Position numbers and translations under genes: made by a program
The notes under the pieces: model-generated
What the model was told of the DNA's origin: nothing
Seen by the model: only the letters and a program-made list of their open reading frames with translations
The model's database searches: none
Assembly (NCBI RefSeq): GCF_001194135.2
Contig: NC_068982.1
Location: forward strand, 27,754,769 to 27,818,768
Reading direction: 5' to 3'
Length of the DNA: 64,000 nt
Origin: Octopus bimaculoides
Lineage: Eukaryota
In this document: positions 38,601-54,754 of the stretch, piece after piece
Layout: each line of letters opens with the position of its first letter
Position numbering within the stretch: the first letter of the stretch is position 1

Positions 38601-41600
38601 TCACTGGCATGTAATTCAAAGTTCAGCAGCCCACAGTTTACTCATGATTGGTCTCTACCATGGTAGTGTTTGAATCAGGCATCACAATCTTCATACACTG
38701 CTGCCTACCGCAAAATCCCATGAGCCATAATTTCTTTATTCCTTTCCCCAACTGATATTGTTGCTCTTGTTTGACTGAGTCATAAAAAGAAATGAAAAAA
38801 ACAGACCCAAATTGAATGCTTTCACATTTAAATTTACATGATATTTATTTTTAATTTTAAATTTCAAAAGAAGTAAAAGAAAAGAAAAAATTTCAGTTTA
38901 CCATGGCTTTGGCCATCATGAGTAAGATAAGCTAAAAAACATGAGACTACTTACATTGTCTTTGAAATATTTTAGTCTCTCTCTGTATCTTTTTCTGGTC
39001 AAGTACATTCTGGTTAATGCTTGTAACTAATTCAACAGAAAAAAAAATCCTTAAACACTTATTCCTTATACAATCCTTAAGCATGATAAAATGCATGTTT
39101 ACATTACTTCCTAAGTTCATTATCAAATACTGTTGTGATCAAAATTAGAAATCTTGATACAATGCAGATAATATTTCTGATAGTTAATACATTTCACAAA
39201 TTAATTTTGGTTCATTTGTCTATGGAAATATAATTTAAGCTTTGTAAACTTACAAGGTTTATAAACCTGGTATATAAGATGAATGCAAAATATTTACCTT
39301 AAGGACAGCAGGACCATTCTGTTTCAAGTACTGTTTTCTGGTTTTATAAAGGTTTCGTTGACGAGAACCTCTCCAGTAAGCCTGAAATAAAGCAAGATAT
39401 ACAAAATTAAAGAAAAAAGTTGAGAGAGAGAAAGAAAGATATAGAAAAAAGACAGAGAAGTTAGACAATGGTGCAGGTTTCCACAATACAACTTTAAAGA
39501 GACAGCAGAAATTAAAGACAGTAAACACTTGTCATTTGGTTACTAACTCCTCTTGACTCTATAGAAATAATAAAGTAATAATAAAGTTCTAGAAAACTAA
39601 AGGCATTTATCATATTGTAAAAATTATTTTGTTATTATCTGAGCCATAATTTGTAAGCTGCTAGTAACAACTACAGTAAATAGCAAAGCCATGCTAGAAA
39701 TGTAATAATTTAAACTCTACTTTCCAATTTAGAAAGAAAAAAGAAAATTTACCTGGATTTTAGTAATTGCTGGTGTTTGAGAGTTGATATAGGTAATGCG
39801 GTCATTAAATGATTTCCTCACCAAGTAACCACGAATTAAAGCTTGGACCAAGATAATGAAACCTTCATTTGCCTTAAACAAGAGCTCTCGGTCATAGTTT
39901 TCTTGAATTTCAGTTAAAACACTCTGGAATCAGAAACAATTTTTTTTTTAAAGTAAAATATATTTTTTTCCCCACTTATTTCAAATAGTCACTTTTTATT
40001 GATTTATGAAGTTATTTTATTATCTATTTCAGTCATTGGTTTATAGCTAAGCCAGGGGACTGCTCCAAATAAGCCTTGAAAGTTCTAGACGATTAAATTG
40101 ACCCTAGTACTAATTTTTAACATCTGTTATTCTGTTATTCTTTGCCAAACTGTTGAGGGGACATAAACAACCTAAAACACAGTTAAGTAGTCAGAGGCAA
40201 ATACAAACACATCTATATGCATTTACACACAAATGGGCTTCTCCACAGTTTCTATCAACCAAATTTCTCACAAAGCCTTGGTTGACCAGGGTGAAATTAA
40301 GATCTTAGGTTCAGATCTCTCATCTAAACCAGTCATTTCATGTGTTGGCAGCCCACCTACCACGCCCGAACTAATTCTAAAAGGCATGTGTCTGCTCAAT
40401 TCCCCTTTCCTTTCTGTACTAATACAATGACACCACAAAGTCACAGTCTTTTACCATCATTTCGGAAGGGGTTAGGAGTTGGGGTGGGTGATATGATTAG
40501 CAGGCACTCCACTGCCATCACAATTGTAGGCATTTAGACAAAATTAAAAAAAAATAATAAAAAAGCAGGGGCCAATTCATTTGACAAAAAATTCTTCAAG
40601 GTGATGCTCCAGCATGGCTACAATCTAATGACTGAAACAAGTAAAATAATAATTTTAAAATGGGGAGGATTAGATGATTACTATGACCCCAGAACTAGAC
40701 TAAGACATTCTTTTATTGACCTCTGAAGGATGAAAGGCAAAGCTGACCTTGGTGGGATTTGAAGAAAGATTGTAAAATGCTAGAGGAAGAAATCCCACAA
40801 AGAATTTTGTTCAATGTTTTAATGTTTCTTCTAATCCTCCAACCTAGTAGTAGTAGTAATAATAATGATAATCTTGGTATAAAAGATGAGCTACAGCAAA
40901 TATTCTGCTCAATACTTTAGATTTGTTTGTCAGTTGTTTGACATTAACCAGTTGAGCATGTCCCTTGGTGGCTGACGATATGTGCATCTCTGATCATGAG
41001 CAGAAGTAGTTGGGGAGTATCATAGCCATGTGTTGAGAGGAATTCTTTGGGGTTTGAATAATTCACCTCTGGAAACAACCTNNNNNNNNNNNNNNNNNNN
41101 NNNNNNNNNNNNNNNNTTTGTCAGTTGTTTGACATTAACCAGTTGAGCATGTCCCTTGGTGGCTGACGATATGTGCATCTCTGATCATGAGCAGAAGTAG
41201 TTGGGGAGTATCATAGCCATGTGTTGAGAGGAATTCTTTGGGGTTTGAATAATTCACCTCTGGAAACAACCTTTTGCACAACATCCTTAAACAAATCTTA
41301 TTCATGGACCTTTTGAGCAGGATGGGCTACTCGACCTGAAGAAAATTTTAGCTGGGCCCCGCCTGCGAGGTCATGCACTGTTTATTTTGATAGGAGATCA
41401 CCATGTTATGCACATATGGTTGTGGGGCATGTACCTGGTGTACCCTTATCAGATGGGTATACTGGGCATTGTATATTTGTACCCCAGTGTCACTTTGATG
41501 GCATGCACTGCTCTCTCATTCAATAATAATCTTTTTTACTAAAATTTTGGGAGAGGGGCCCAAATATCATCAGCCTCAGGACTTAACTGATACTTATTTT

Positions 41601-44600
41601 ATTGACCCCAAAAGGGATGAAAGGCAAAGTTGATCTCGGCAGAATTTGAACTCAGAACATAAAGACAGATGAAATGCTGCTAAGCATTTTGCCTGGCATG
41701 CTAATGTTCTGCCAGCTTGCTACCTTAATAATAATAAGTTTCTGATTTAGGAACAAGACCAGCGATTTTTGTGGGAGGGTGTTAGGTGATAACATTGATC
41801 CCAGTATTTGACTAGTACTTTATTTGTAATGGGCTCGGTGGTATTTAGTAAACCCCTTAACCTTAAAATAACTTATTTTTTTGCCAGAATCAGAAACCAT
41901 TATTATTCTTCTTATTTATTACTAGCTTAAAAGCCGCACTCCATGCAGACTTTTATACTAGCTCCTACTGAGGGCTAATTGGGCTTGCGGCTGAAAACTA
42001 AAGAGCTAAATGACATGACTATAATACATCTATAATGACTATATGCCCCGGTGGTGTTTGATCAGAAGTTAAAGATGGATGAGAATTACTTCTGCAATGC
42101 AATCATTCTGTTGTATTCCAACTGTTGACCAATTTGTCCCAAAGCTCTGATCTTGACGTAAAATTAATGAAGCGAATATCATTTATCTCCCCCTTGATCT
42201 CTGACATCATCTGATAAACGTCAACCAAGATGGTGTGAATCAGTCAAGCTTTACCTGCAAGAAATAGCAACCCAAAAGCTTTTAAATCAGATCCCAATGC
42301 TGTATGTTCAAGAACCAAATGAAGGGTAGATTTTCAATGCCAGGATCATCCTGATTCCAAAAAGGTATAATACGTTTATGTTGAGCAAATGGAGACTGAG
42401 ATACAGGGGTCCCAGACGGACAGACAGAATTTTGCTTTTATTATTATAAATGAAGCAGTCCCTTGGTTTGCATAATAATAATAATGGTTTCAAATTCTGA
42501 CATAAGGCCAGAGCAATTTTTAGGAGATGGGATAGTGAGGGGTTCAATGTAACTGACCTAACAAATGCAATACAGGTGATAAAAATGCTAGTACTCTTTA
42601 AAATATAGGATTTTACAAATAATTAGCAAATATTTCTGATAATCAATATCAACATACAATAAAAAATGGTTCAACTGGGAACAGTGGAAGGAATAAAGAG
42701 AGAGGGAAGAGAAAGAAAGAGTGGAATGGGAAATGAGAGAAAGGGGTAGGAAAAGGGAAAGAAAAGGTGGTCAAGGGTGAAGGAGCTATACAGCTGGGAT
42801 GGGGGGGAGAGAGGGGCTCGATAGGGGTGGAAAGTTTTAAGAAAAGAGTGTATATGTAAAGTAGAGATGGAGCTAGAAATTACAAATATGAAATTTATTG
42901 TAGGAAATGCAAGAGCAGTCGACCGGCAGAATTGTTTGAGTGTTGGAAAAGATACTTTGTGGTATTTTTTTCTGACTCTTTACACACTGAGTTCAAGTCC
43001 AACAAAGGTCAACTTTGCCTTTCACCTCTTCTGGGTTGATAAAATAAAGTACCAGTCAAGTACTGGGGTTGGTGTAATCACCTAATATCCTTCGCCCAAA
43101 ATTGTTGGCCTTGTGCCAAAGTTGAATTTGTTACAGGAAAGACTGATCAAAGGAATATATATATTTCTCTGAATTAAAGCAGTATAATAGCAGATATTTA
43201 AATCTGATTAGTTTGGATATAGAAGGCTGTTAAATGTTTACCAAAATTGCACAAACTCTGTTAGGTGTTAGGAGGGGAAACCAGCTGTAAAAAAGCTTGA
43301 CAAAACAGACAGTGAAGCCTAGTGCAGTCTTCTGCCTAGCTAGCCCCTGTTAAACCGTCCAACCCATGCAGCAAAGAAAATGGATGTTAAATGATGATGA
43401 TGAAGAGGAGGAGGAATGTAAACTATAAACAGAAATACCAACAATCTAATGAATTGTCTAATTATGCACAATGAAATGGGTTGGTCTACATTAAAATAGA
43501 CATGAAAAAATAAGTATAAAAATCAGAACAAAACTCATAAATACCTGGATTTCCTCTTTTGTCAGAATAGAATAATCTTTTATGATTGAGTCATTCCGAA
43601 CCCAAGTGTAATCTCCAGTAATTACATTGTAAAAAAACTTAAAGCCTTCGGGTGATCTGTTCATCATCCATCCAGTTCCAGTCTCACCTAGTATTGTGAA
43701 CAAAAAAAGGTAATATGGTTGACTTAGCAATTATTAGCATTAGAGGACAAATATAAAGTAAAACAACATCTTCTACACACTGATAATTTCATATCATTTT
43801 ACAAGTTACTCAAATTTTTACTGAAGGACACATCTCACAGCAGGAAACACATAGCAAAGAAGTTGTGCTTTGTATCTGCAAAATATTCTACAACAAGGAT
43901 TTCTAACACAGTAATACATTTTTTGGTGGTCATAGTTGATTAAACTGAACCCTTGTACTGGAAAGGTTATTATTTTATCAACCATGGAAGAACAAGTCAA
44001 AGTAATAAAAATTTGAACCAAAACGGCCAAGGGACATAACTAGTGAAGAGCTGCCATTATTTTTTACATAAAGTGCTTCATTTACAGTTGAAATTTTAAC
44101 AGCTTTGCTGAATTGCTAAAATTTTAATGACTGATTCACTAAACAGCCAAAATCTAAACAACTGGGTTGATAAGATGTTAAATTTCAAGAAATGGTTCAT
44201 TGCACTGCCAAAATTTCAACAAGTGGTTTTCTGAGTTGCTGATGTTTTAAATGGTTCACTGAAATTTTAGCCACAAAATCAACAGTAAGACATCTGTTTA
44301 TTAGAGGACTTTAATAATACCAAATTAAATAAAATGAGGTGAAAATCTGAAAACTCTATGACAGAATACAGAAGTACAATATATAATGACCCAAATCATC
44401 ATTAAAAATATTACCCAGTGTTTCCTTTTCACTGCGAAGAGCTCTCAGCTTTTCCATATAGATATTCCCACAAGAAGTACGTAAATTTTGCAATTGAACA
44501 GGTTGACATTGCAAAGACTGAAGCAGAACATCTGACGAATCTTGATTTAAGTTGGCATTTATATCTTTGATACCCAAAGACACTGAAAATAGAAAAAAAA

Positions 44601-46955
44601 AAAGTTAGCAAACAATAATTTTTTTAAGAAAATTATTCAAATTACACTGTTCAAGGAACTATTACCTCTGTTGGCAATGAAGGGATGTTCGCTTTGAGAG
44701 AAGGGCAGACTGCAAAGTATTTTTTTTTGTATGAAGTGCATTGTTGCATGGTAGTGAAATATGGATGCTGAACATGGAGGATATGGAAAGGTTAGTAAAA
44801 GAAATTTGGCAAACATGTTCCATTAGATGTGCAAAGTTAGTAGTGCATAAACCATCTGAGAGAAAAACTAGGGGTAAGAGGAATCCAATGTAGTGTCAAA
44901 AAGAGATGTCTAAGCTGGTACAGACATGTGATGCATAAAAAAGATGACAGTAGGATAAAGATGTACCAAGTGATGTCAGTGGAAGGAATCTCAGAAAAAG
45001 GAAACACAGAAAGAAATGGTGAAAACTGAGAGGTCAGGAGATTAAAACCCCATGAAGGAGATGAGAAAGAACTGCATCAAGTGGTGAGGCATGTTGCTGG
45101 AGAAGTCTTATTTAAATGATGAGTATGATTATAAGCATGCATACACTCACACGCACATACATACACATATTCTGTAGTGTCAGAATGACCAATACCTTGT
45201 TAGTGTAATTGGGAGAGAGAGATGTAGCTGCAGGGAGGAAGGGTTGCATAATGATATGTTTAACACAGGGTTTAAAACAGCAGGTATATAGAGAGAGTCT
45301 AAGGTAATTTAGGTGGAAGTGTAAAGGATATAGAATGAAACAAAATAAATATACTTTCAACAGCTTTCTCTTCATCTTCATTTGCTTCAAAGATAGTTTC
45401 CTGAATTTCCTCCAGCCACAGTAGTGTGTCTTCATCTTGAGATTGCTGAAATGTGTACAGAGAACATATGAATTTGTACAGCCCAATCACATATCTGTAC
45501 ATGTTTACACATGAGCATTATAACAAGATAAATCATGAACATAATAATCATTTATACTATAAGTAGAAAAATGTAACAATTTATTAAAGTGTAGCATTTA
45601 ATTTTTAGCAAACAAAAGAAAAATATGTTGATATTTACCAATGCTTTCTTATTCTTTTTATTAATAAGCATAACCATATACTGGTGAGCAAGCCGATCCC
45701 TGACATTTTGAAGTTGAGCTGCTGGAAGCTGCAAAGCAGCTAATACAGCTTGTTCATCACCATTAGAAATAGCATCATTGATTGTCCCTATAGCACAAAC
45801 TCCTGAAATGACAAAAACAAAAACATTAGATACACATGGAAATATGAAACCAAATTTATCTATTAAACATACACAACAAACATATGGAACAAATCTTGCA
45901 ACTCTAAACATCACAGAATAAATCAGTTATCTCATTTTCATCTCACTCCAGATTTCTGGTTCCCATTCTCTTTTGGTACCCACTCCACACTCCATTTTAA
46001 TTCTTTCATTATTATAGTTCAAGCAACAACCCCTTCCACCCAATGGCTTGAAACAACTCTTCAGTCAACATTGCAACTGAATTCGCTGAACCTAGGAAGT
46101 AGTTCAGCTGCTGATATAGACCATCTCCCACCAGTTCCCTTAGATTCTCAATTTACTCAATAATTTCTTCTAACATTTAATTTTCTGTGTATGCAAAAAT
46201 TTTGACAGTACACTCCCTCTCAATCAATTAGGATCTTAACAATAATCTCTGATGAAATTTAAGCAAGCGACTGTGGTGTGTGTAAAAAGTATTTATTTTG
46301 GAGTAAAAACATATAATCCTCCAAGAACATCACCTAAATGGAAAGAGCTCACAAAATCCACAACTCTCTCAGATTACTCATATCCTAATCATTAATAAAA
46401 ATAAAATATAAACAGTAGATTTGGATTGAGAGCCAAAACAGTAAAGTTTGAGAAATCATTGTTAAAAGTTTAAAAATTTCCTATAATAAAGAGCTGTTCT
46501 TAATCTTTTAGCACTCAGATTACTGTCAAATGTAATGAATATTTATTCACATTGTCTTGAATTAACCAAGCATTATGTTATAGTTTCAAGATTTTGATGT
46601 GATTTTTATTTTTAGAATGACATTGTAGGATAGGTGTGATAAGCCAGATGTAGCTGGTTTGAACATAGAACAGAATACCAGGGCCAGATAGGACTGTTTT
46701 AAATGCTAAAGGGTTAAATCAATACCACATTCATATAAAACAGTTTATTTGTTCATCAAAAATTCTCAAAATCTCTGAATTTTATTTCCATAATCCAATG
46801 AATCATCGATCTCTACTTATCTCTAATTCTCACACATGCCATCATGGAAGGCAGATGTTAAACGATGACACACACACACACACAAAATGCAGGCGAACAA
46901 ATGAAAGTGGTACTCAACACATATAGCTAGAATAATAAGTATTCAATAACAGACT

Positions 46956-46997
<42 letters not shown>

Positions 46998-49900
46998 NNN
47001 NNNNNNNCCTACGCTCTTCCACAGAAAGGAACACAGAAACAAACCAGGAGAAAAAAAAATATAAATAATGCTTAACTACATTTGTTTACGGTCTTATATA
47101 ACAAAAAAAGAAAAAATCCCTGCTTACTCTGTTTTAACATAGCTTTTCATCACTATCATCACTTTGCATCTATTTTTTCCATGCTGGAAGGGCTGGTTGA
47201 TATTTTTTTGCATTGTTTTTATGGTTGGATACCCTTCCTATTGCCAACCCCTTTACAGTATGGGTTATCTGCATTTTATTGTGTTACCAGCTGTAGAGAG
47301 ATCATTTGTAACTGGTGTAAATGGCCCCCACCCCTTTACTCTGAATCACTTTTTATGGAATCCATGTCTCCTCTGTATGAGCCCAAATGGGCAGAGCCAT
47401 TTTGTATACTGACTTTGTTCAGTCTCCAGCATTTTAGATGGGTCACCTTCCACTATGGTTGAAAATACATGTCTCCTGTACAGGAAGTAGGTTTAGTTTT
47501 GTAAACTTTAATATGAAATTGGCTGAACAATACCCCAATAGTTCATTCTCTTTATCATGCTCATGTGCGGGCGACACATGAAATCTTCCGAGCGGGATCT
47601 TGTGCGGGTGGCACATAAAAAACACCATTTCGAGCGTGGCCGTTTTCGTGCGGGTGACACGTAAAAGCACCCACTACACTCTCTGAGTGGTTGGCGTTAG
47701 GAAGGGCATCCAGCTGTAGAAACTCTGCCAAATTAGATTGGAGCCTGGTGTTGCCATCCGGTTTCACCAGTCCTCAGTCAAATCGTCCAACCCATGCTAG
47801 CATGGAAGGCAGACGTTAAACGATGATGATGATGATGATGATGGTCAGTGATGTGTGTGTGTGTGTGTAACACACATACACACATATTCCATTCTAAATA
47901 CCTTCCAAACTTATTTCTAACAACATTACCAACACTTTGGAAAATCAAGATTTTCATATTCCTGTAAATAAAACTAACTGAAAAGTTTGCTTTATTTTCA
48001 TGAAAGAAAATAAAAACCTATAAAGCAAGTATGATGATAATCACAAAAACAGTTGACACACAAGATATATATTGAACTTCCACTTACGTTCATGCTCCTG
48101 TTGAACTTGTTGATGAACTTTTTCTACTGCCATTACAATTTCATGGTGTGTTAGCTGCTCACAAGGTAACTATAATAAATATTCGAAAACATTTTTGAAA
48201 ACCCAAAGTTGAGCTTATAGTACAGGAAGGGTTTATTCTCAATGTTAGGTGTAACTAGAAATGAAAATGGACCATAATAAGTGAAGAGATGCTGTGATGG
48301 AGAGGTCCTGTCAAACTCCTACAAACATGCCTCAATGCAATAGGCAGCAAACATGGTAAAAATGTCACATTTAGAAAAATTAAAATCTCTAAATGTCTAA
48401 TCCAGCAAATTAATAAATAAAATTGTTTACATCCAAAGGTTAATAAGTTTACTTAGATAGGAATATAACTCATTTAGTTACAATAAAGTAATGATATGTA
48501 AATAAGATATTCAAACAATGTAGAACTAAGATGGTAAAATAACATAAAAATCCTTAGAATATTTATACTCTGAAGATTTATGATAATCAAAATTTTATAC
48601 AATATTTTTCAGCACAAATCTAAATTTAGTAAGATAATGAAGTGTTGACCAGAAGTACCAATTATCTGGCAATAATCGTTTTAAGCTGACTAAAAGATGT
48701 GTAGGAAAAGGGCACCCAAATTAACTGATACAACACCTATGAGTATGGGAGTAATGATAAACAGTTATAGACATCCTCAATCAGAGGTGACTTGGATGTT
48801 GAACATCAACAATTGCAATCAACATTATATGTTATCTTACAGAAACACAAGCAAACTCACCTCAATTTTCTTCTGTTTTTCCTTTACTAGACAGTTTTGA
48901 TACTTCTCACTGAGTTCAAAATCAAGTGTAGGAATATGTGCATTTGGATCACTTAGGGCAGTGAATGTTGCATGAGAATTTCTTCTGTCAATAGCACTAT
49001 TTATTGCAGCAATTGCAGAAAGAACTAAAATAAGGAAAAAAAAAAGCCAAAATAAAGCATCTTCAATTAAATTTAACTAGGGTTAAATTGCAGTTTAAAT
49101 TTAATCAATTACTAAATATATTGAAATGATTTCATAGAGATAAGCATTTCATCATCAATCAACCGATCAAGAAGGAAGACTGGTTCCTACTTTTTCAGTA
49201 CTAAGAAAGCCTTTCAATTAACAACTTCACCCCTACTATCATTATTGGTCCTTTAGGGGGGGGGGGGAAAATCATCCTGAAGCTTAGCTTAATAAAGTGT
49301 CAATGAATGAGTTTTAATGATTGGTTTATGAGTGAATTTGTACAGCTTCATTTATTGATAAAATAGGTTTAGTCAGCATTTAAGTTAAAAATCTGACTGG
49401 ACTTCTACAATTGTCATTTTTAAATTAACAATTTAGCATTAACTCATAGATTCAAGATCTCAATGGTGTGGTTGTTTGTTTTTAGAATGACATTGCCGGG
49501 AATGTGTGAGAGGCTGGATCTGGTCAGTTTGACCATAAAACAGGTAGAATATTTGGGTTATATATGACTGGTTTAAATGCTAAAGAGCTAATACCTTTCT
49601 ATTTTCTTTTGTAAGATATCAACTATTTGTAATATAACAAAGTTGTACAATAAAAACTCCAGAGTAGCACTGAAATATCAGAATTATTCTGTGATGTAAC
49701 TCTACAGCTGATATTTCAAAACTCATTAATTGCAACTTTCAACATACTCTCTCTTTTACTCTTTTACTTGTTTCAGTCATTTCACTGCGGCCATGCTGGA
49801 GCACCGCCTTTAGTCGAGCAAATTGACCCCAGGACTTATTCTTTGTAAGCCTAGTACTTATTCTATCGGTCTCTTTTGCTGAACTGCTAAGTTATGGGGA

Positions 49901-51204
49901 TGCAAACACACCACCATCGGTTGTCAAGCGATGTTGGGGGGACAAACACAAACATATACACACACATACATATATATGTATGTATATATACAATAGGCTT
50001 CTTTCAGTTTCCGTCTCCCAAATCCACTCACAAGGCTTTGGTTGGCCCGAGGCTATAGTAGAAGACACTTGCCCAAGGTGCCACGCAGTGGGAATGAACC
50101 CAGAACCATGTGGTTGGTAAGCAATCTACTTACCACACAGCCACTCCTGCGCCTGAAGTTTTGAATATTAGTTTCAATTCTCGCTATATTTGTCCAACAC
50201 CTATACAAAGCTCACTAAAGAAATGGCTTTTCCAAAACACTATTTTTATTACATTCCATTTTCAATGCAAAAATGAGGAAATTGCAATGTTTGAGAATAC
50301 TAAATAAAGCAAATGTTAATTAACATGCAACAGATTTGAAAATTATTTCTAATAATATCAAGTTAAAGATAGCAGAATACTTAATGCAGATACTACATTG
50401 CTTGTTATGAGGATATGCATGATATGCTTACAAAGAACTTCATAACATAACAAGAAAAATACATAACTAATTAAAGTTATTTAATCACAATATTAGACAT
50501 CAATTGAAGTAAACCTTGTTGGACGTGAACAGAACCATAAAACAAAGATTCCATGCAGAATCCATAAATAGTGCTATTGTGCTGTGTTAACTACTGTAAA
50601 AATATCCGGCCAATATTAAATTACAATTGCTCTACACTGTTGCACTGCACATTTCATTTAATGTACCGACAAGAATTAACAATACTTTACAGTAATATTC
50701 ATGAAATTTGGTATCATTGTAATTTACCAATATAATCATTATCAAATTAATGTCTATGTATTAAAGTTGAAAAAGCTACCAAAGACCTACAGCAAAACTT
50801 TAAAAAGCAGACATCAAATTTAATAAGCACAATGTAATCAAACCGAAAAATATAAAGAACTTTAAAATTGGCAGCAATCAGTGGAAATAGGAAATGAAAC
50901 ATTGATTTATTGCACATTATAATGCTTTTATAAATAGTAATAAGAAATAATAATGGGTATTTGCATAACTTTCTTACATTATATACAAATTTGAAAATGA
51001 AAGTGAATTTATTTAGACAGAAATATAGATCAAAACCTATTATTACTACTGCAATTGTTCAAACTCATTTAGTGTGTGATAAAGAAATATTAGAAAAAAC
51101 ATGATAACTATAGTTTTGAGATTTGATCTACCAACTAAATTAGTATGCTACAGAATTAGCTGTATTAATTAAAATGTCCTCATGAATGATAAACTAGTTT
51201 TTTG

Positions 51205-51238
<34 letters not shown>

Positions 51239-53254
51239 ATTCCTCATGAAAACAGGAAATTAGATGAGACAGTAGACCCTTTTCCCATATTTATTAGCTA
51301 GAAATCAAAATTGATTAATTGATTCCATATACTAAGCATATATACACACTTGGCTTACCCATATTATTTTATCTAAATTCCACTATCTAAAATCTATATC
51401 AAATAACTAGTGATATATATTTGATGGTAACACATCACTTATGAAAATTAAGTGAAGTCAATCTCAACTTTAAACCAATGAAAATGAGCTTATTTGAATT
51501 GAATATTATATATCACAGTATGTCAACCATTTCATACATACAACACACACATACGTGTGTGTGTGCTCTTAAAACTAAAACAAGAAAGTCATTTAAACTT
51601 TTTGAAAAATAATAAAATATTGCGAATAAAAAAAAAATTTTAAACTGGAATTAAAAGATGAAATTAGTTTCATCTTTTAATTTTATTGACTACATCACTC
51701 CCACTCAAATTATTCCCAAATATTTTAAAACTAAATTTATCAATTTAATATCAACCAAAACCATTCTTGCTTCTATTCCAAACAATAGACACTTAATCAC
51801 AGAGAAAAATTTGGTTGTACTTAATTCCACGCTTTAAAAGAAGTTATCAGGATAAAAACTGTAAAGAGAAATAAAATCGGCCTAATTCTGAGCTGTCATG
51901 GAATTCTCTAGAACATAGTGACATTCAAAGTGTCAGCATGACCCATAGAAGAATCAGATCAGCTATTTCAATTCCAGAAAGTTTAGATTCTGTCATTTTG
52001 TCCATATTTGTGAGTCAGATTCAATGACAAAAGATTATCTGATAATATAGATTTGGAATTGGCACCTGCTATAAAGAATCAAACTCATATTTTATAAACA
52101 AGGGAAGAGATTTTTTAAATATAATTTGATTAGGCATTATTTAGAAAAATGCATATCAATAATCGATCCAGTATTATCAACACGAAAATAGTTTGAGTAT
52201 GCTTATAAAAGAAAGAAAGTGATAATGGTATTATCTGCGTCCAATAGCAGTAAGTTTTGGCCATTGTACCATGGCTGATTTAATAAAATCACCAGGCATT
52301 AAATTATGCTCCAATGTATCATTCTTCACTCATAAAATCAATAATATTATTTAATAGATAAGAACAAATCCTTTTCTGTTTTTAGCCATACATTATATTT
52401 TAGACAATGCTATTATCCAAAATAATACTACCAAAAATATTTCCAATTTTATTCAGTTTAAAAATAGAGTTACTAAGACAAAATGGTCAGGATTCATTTA
52501 ATAAAGTCTTAATATATCACATTCAATAGAAAAGTAAGACAAATTTACTTTTGACTGCATTAAAAATTTCATGATACTCCAGAGAGGCCTGTTTCTCTTG
52601 CCTAATACTACAGAACTCATCACAGTACAACATAGGGGCAGTGTCATCGATTGGACTCAATTGGGCAGCTGGGTTCTGAAGAGCTTTCATTAATTGCTCA
52701 GCATCAGTGTTTTCAATAGCAAGATTGATATTCTTCACGGCAACTTGCTCTGCGATAAAGAATTTCAACAATTTCAACTTTAAAAAAGAAATTTTCTGTT
52801 TGTAATTAACATAAACAAATCCATAAAAAAAAATACACATTACAAAGAATAAAGAAAAAAAGCTTTTATGCATGAATGTATATACAGTCATATTTACATA
52901 CACATACATGTATAATATACATACATACGTATAAACACACACATTTGCATATACACATACAAAAATATACAGAACTATATATACATAAAGACATTTATAT
53001 ATGCACACACTTATAGTGATAGCACTGGAATGGAACTACAAAATGAAATATGGAATATTAATGCATTTAGTCCTCACATCTGGATCTTTTGAAATATATA
53101 CATACACATATATGTAGCCATATTCATTTGTGTATGTGTTTGTGTATAGAATTGATGCATAAGCATCAAAGAATATACCCACGATAATAACACATTTGCT
53201 AACAGTTCATTAAACACATTATTATAAACCAGTAAAACCAAATAAGACTGATCT

Positions 53255-53307
<53 letters not shown>

Positions 53308-54150
53308 TGGCAACAGTTTTCTGATTAACGTAACATTTTTGAAAGTGTCTGTATACAGTTTTTAAATTTAATTTAATTTAAATTACTCATGTATCACAAT
53401 TATGTAATTATATATTTGTTATTGTTTATCTCCATGAAACAGCTGCTGAGCACAAATTATGAACTATTTGTGAAGTTCAATGCTTTTCTGCTAAATATAT
53501 TGCTCTTAAACATCATTTTAGCTGATTATGTGTATCTAATATAGATTTACTGTGAAGTAAGAATGTACTGGAGATTAACAACTTATTGAGCTCATAATTT
53601 TCGTGGATTTATTCTTTGATCTTTATACATCAATTGCCCCTCTCTGTGTATGTATGTATGTGTATACACACACATCAGTATATAAGTTTACACACATCTT
53701 TATATATATATCTTTTTATACACATACATTTATATACACATCTAAGTATCTATGCATCTATTTTTATCTATATATATACAAATATGCAACACAACCATAA
53801 ACTCAAAACCCCTAAAAAAAAAAACTTACCTTTACCAGACAGAGTCCCAATGAAGAACAATCACAGAATATTAATGTGTGGTATACAACAAGAAAATCCC
53901 CATGAACCCTCAAACAAGCTTAACCCTACAAGAACTAGAGTTTCATGTAAACATATAAATATATATGCATACATATTGAGGAACTGTTTTACCACCTGAT
54001 GCTCTTGCTGTTGCCAACCCTTTGTAATGGATCCCTTATTGCACATATCTTCAAAGATTCAAAGCTAGCAGATGATTTGTTGACAGGGAGTTTGTTTTGC
54101 AATAATGTCACTGCTTGAGGCACATTGACTTTCAGAGAAGTGCAAATGTT

Positions 54151-54203
<53 letters not shown>

Positions 54204-54696
54204 GAGAGCCAGCTGTCACTCATGAACAATTATGGCTTGGTAACATGTAACATGCTTTTGCTATTTGCTTAAGGTACCTGTGTAATGTGAGCAGGCATAC
54301 ATACATCATGACTTTTCAACCCTTTGACCCAGCAGCACATTCAGGATGTAACAGGAGAGAAGGCTGCATCAGCACTTGGCTGGTACTCATTTTCAAATGA
54401 GTTGACTGCATCAACATGAATGAAGTGCCCTTGCTCAAGAATACAACATGCTATCTGGTACAGTAATTGAAACCACATTATAATTCTGAGCTGAACACTT
54501 CAAATATTAGGCCAAACACTTAAGTATTTATGTACATAATGAGCTTCTTTGTTTCCATGTATGAAATCCACCCATAAGACAGGTCAGTCCAAGGAGAGAG
54601 TGGAAGACACCTGCCGAAGGTGTTACACAAGGAAATTAACCCAAAACCATGTGGTTAGGAAGTACACACAAAATGTGGTTTAAATTTTACGACAGT

Positions 54697-54754
<58 letters not shown>

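Noticed and set aside
40926-41272. Exact 156-bp duplication (40926-41081 and 41117-41272)
   Set aside because: The two identical copies directly flank a 35-N gap, the typical pattern of an unmerged contig overlap, so this is treated as an assembly artefact.
53830-53925. Perfect donor AAG|GTAAGT with a possible 96-nt exon or ratchet point
   Set aside because: The 96-nt exon has an in-frame TGA and a weak acceptor; a ratchet point would need YAG and a much longer intron.
53074-54219. ORFs rich in YI/VC/HT repeats
   Set aside because: Translations of TA/CA microsatellites and low-complexity sequence.
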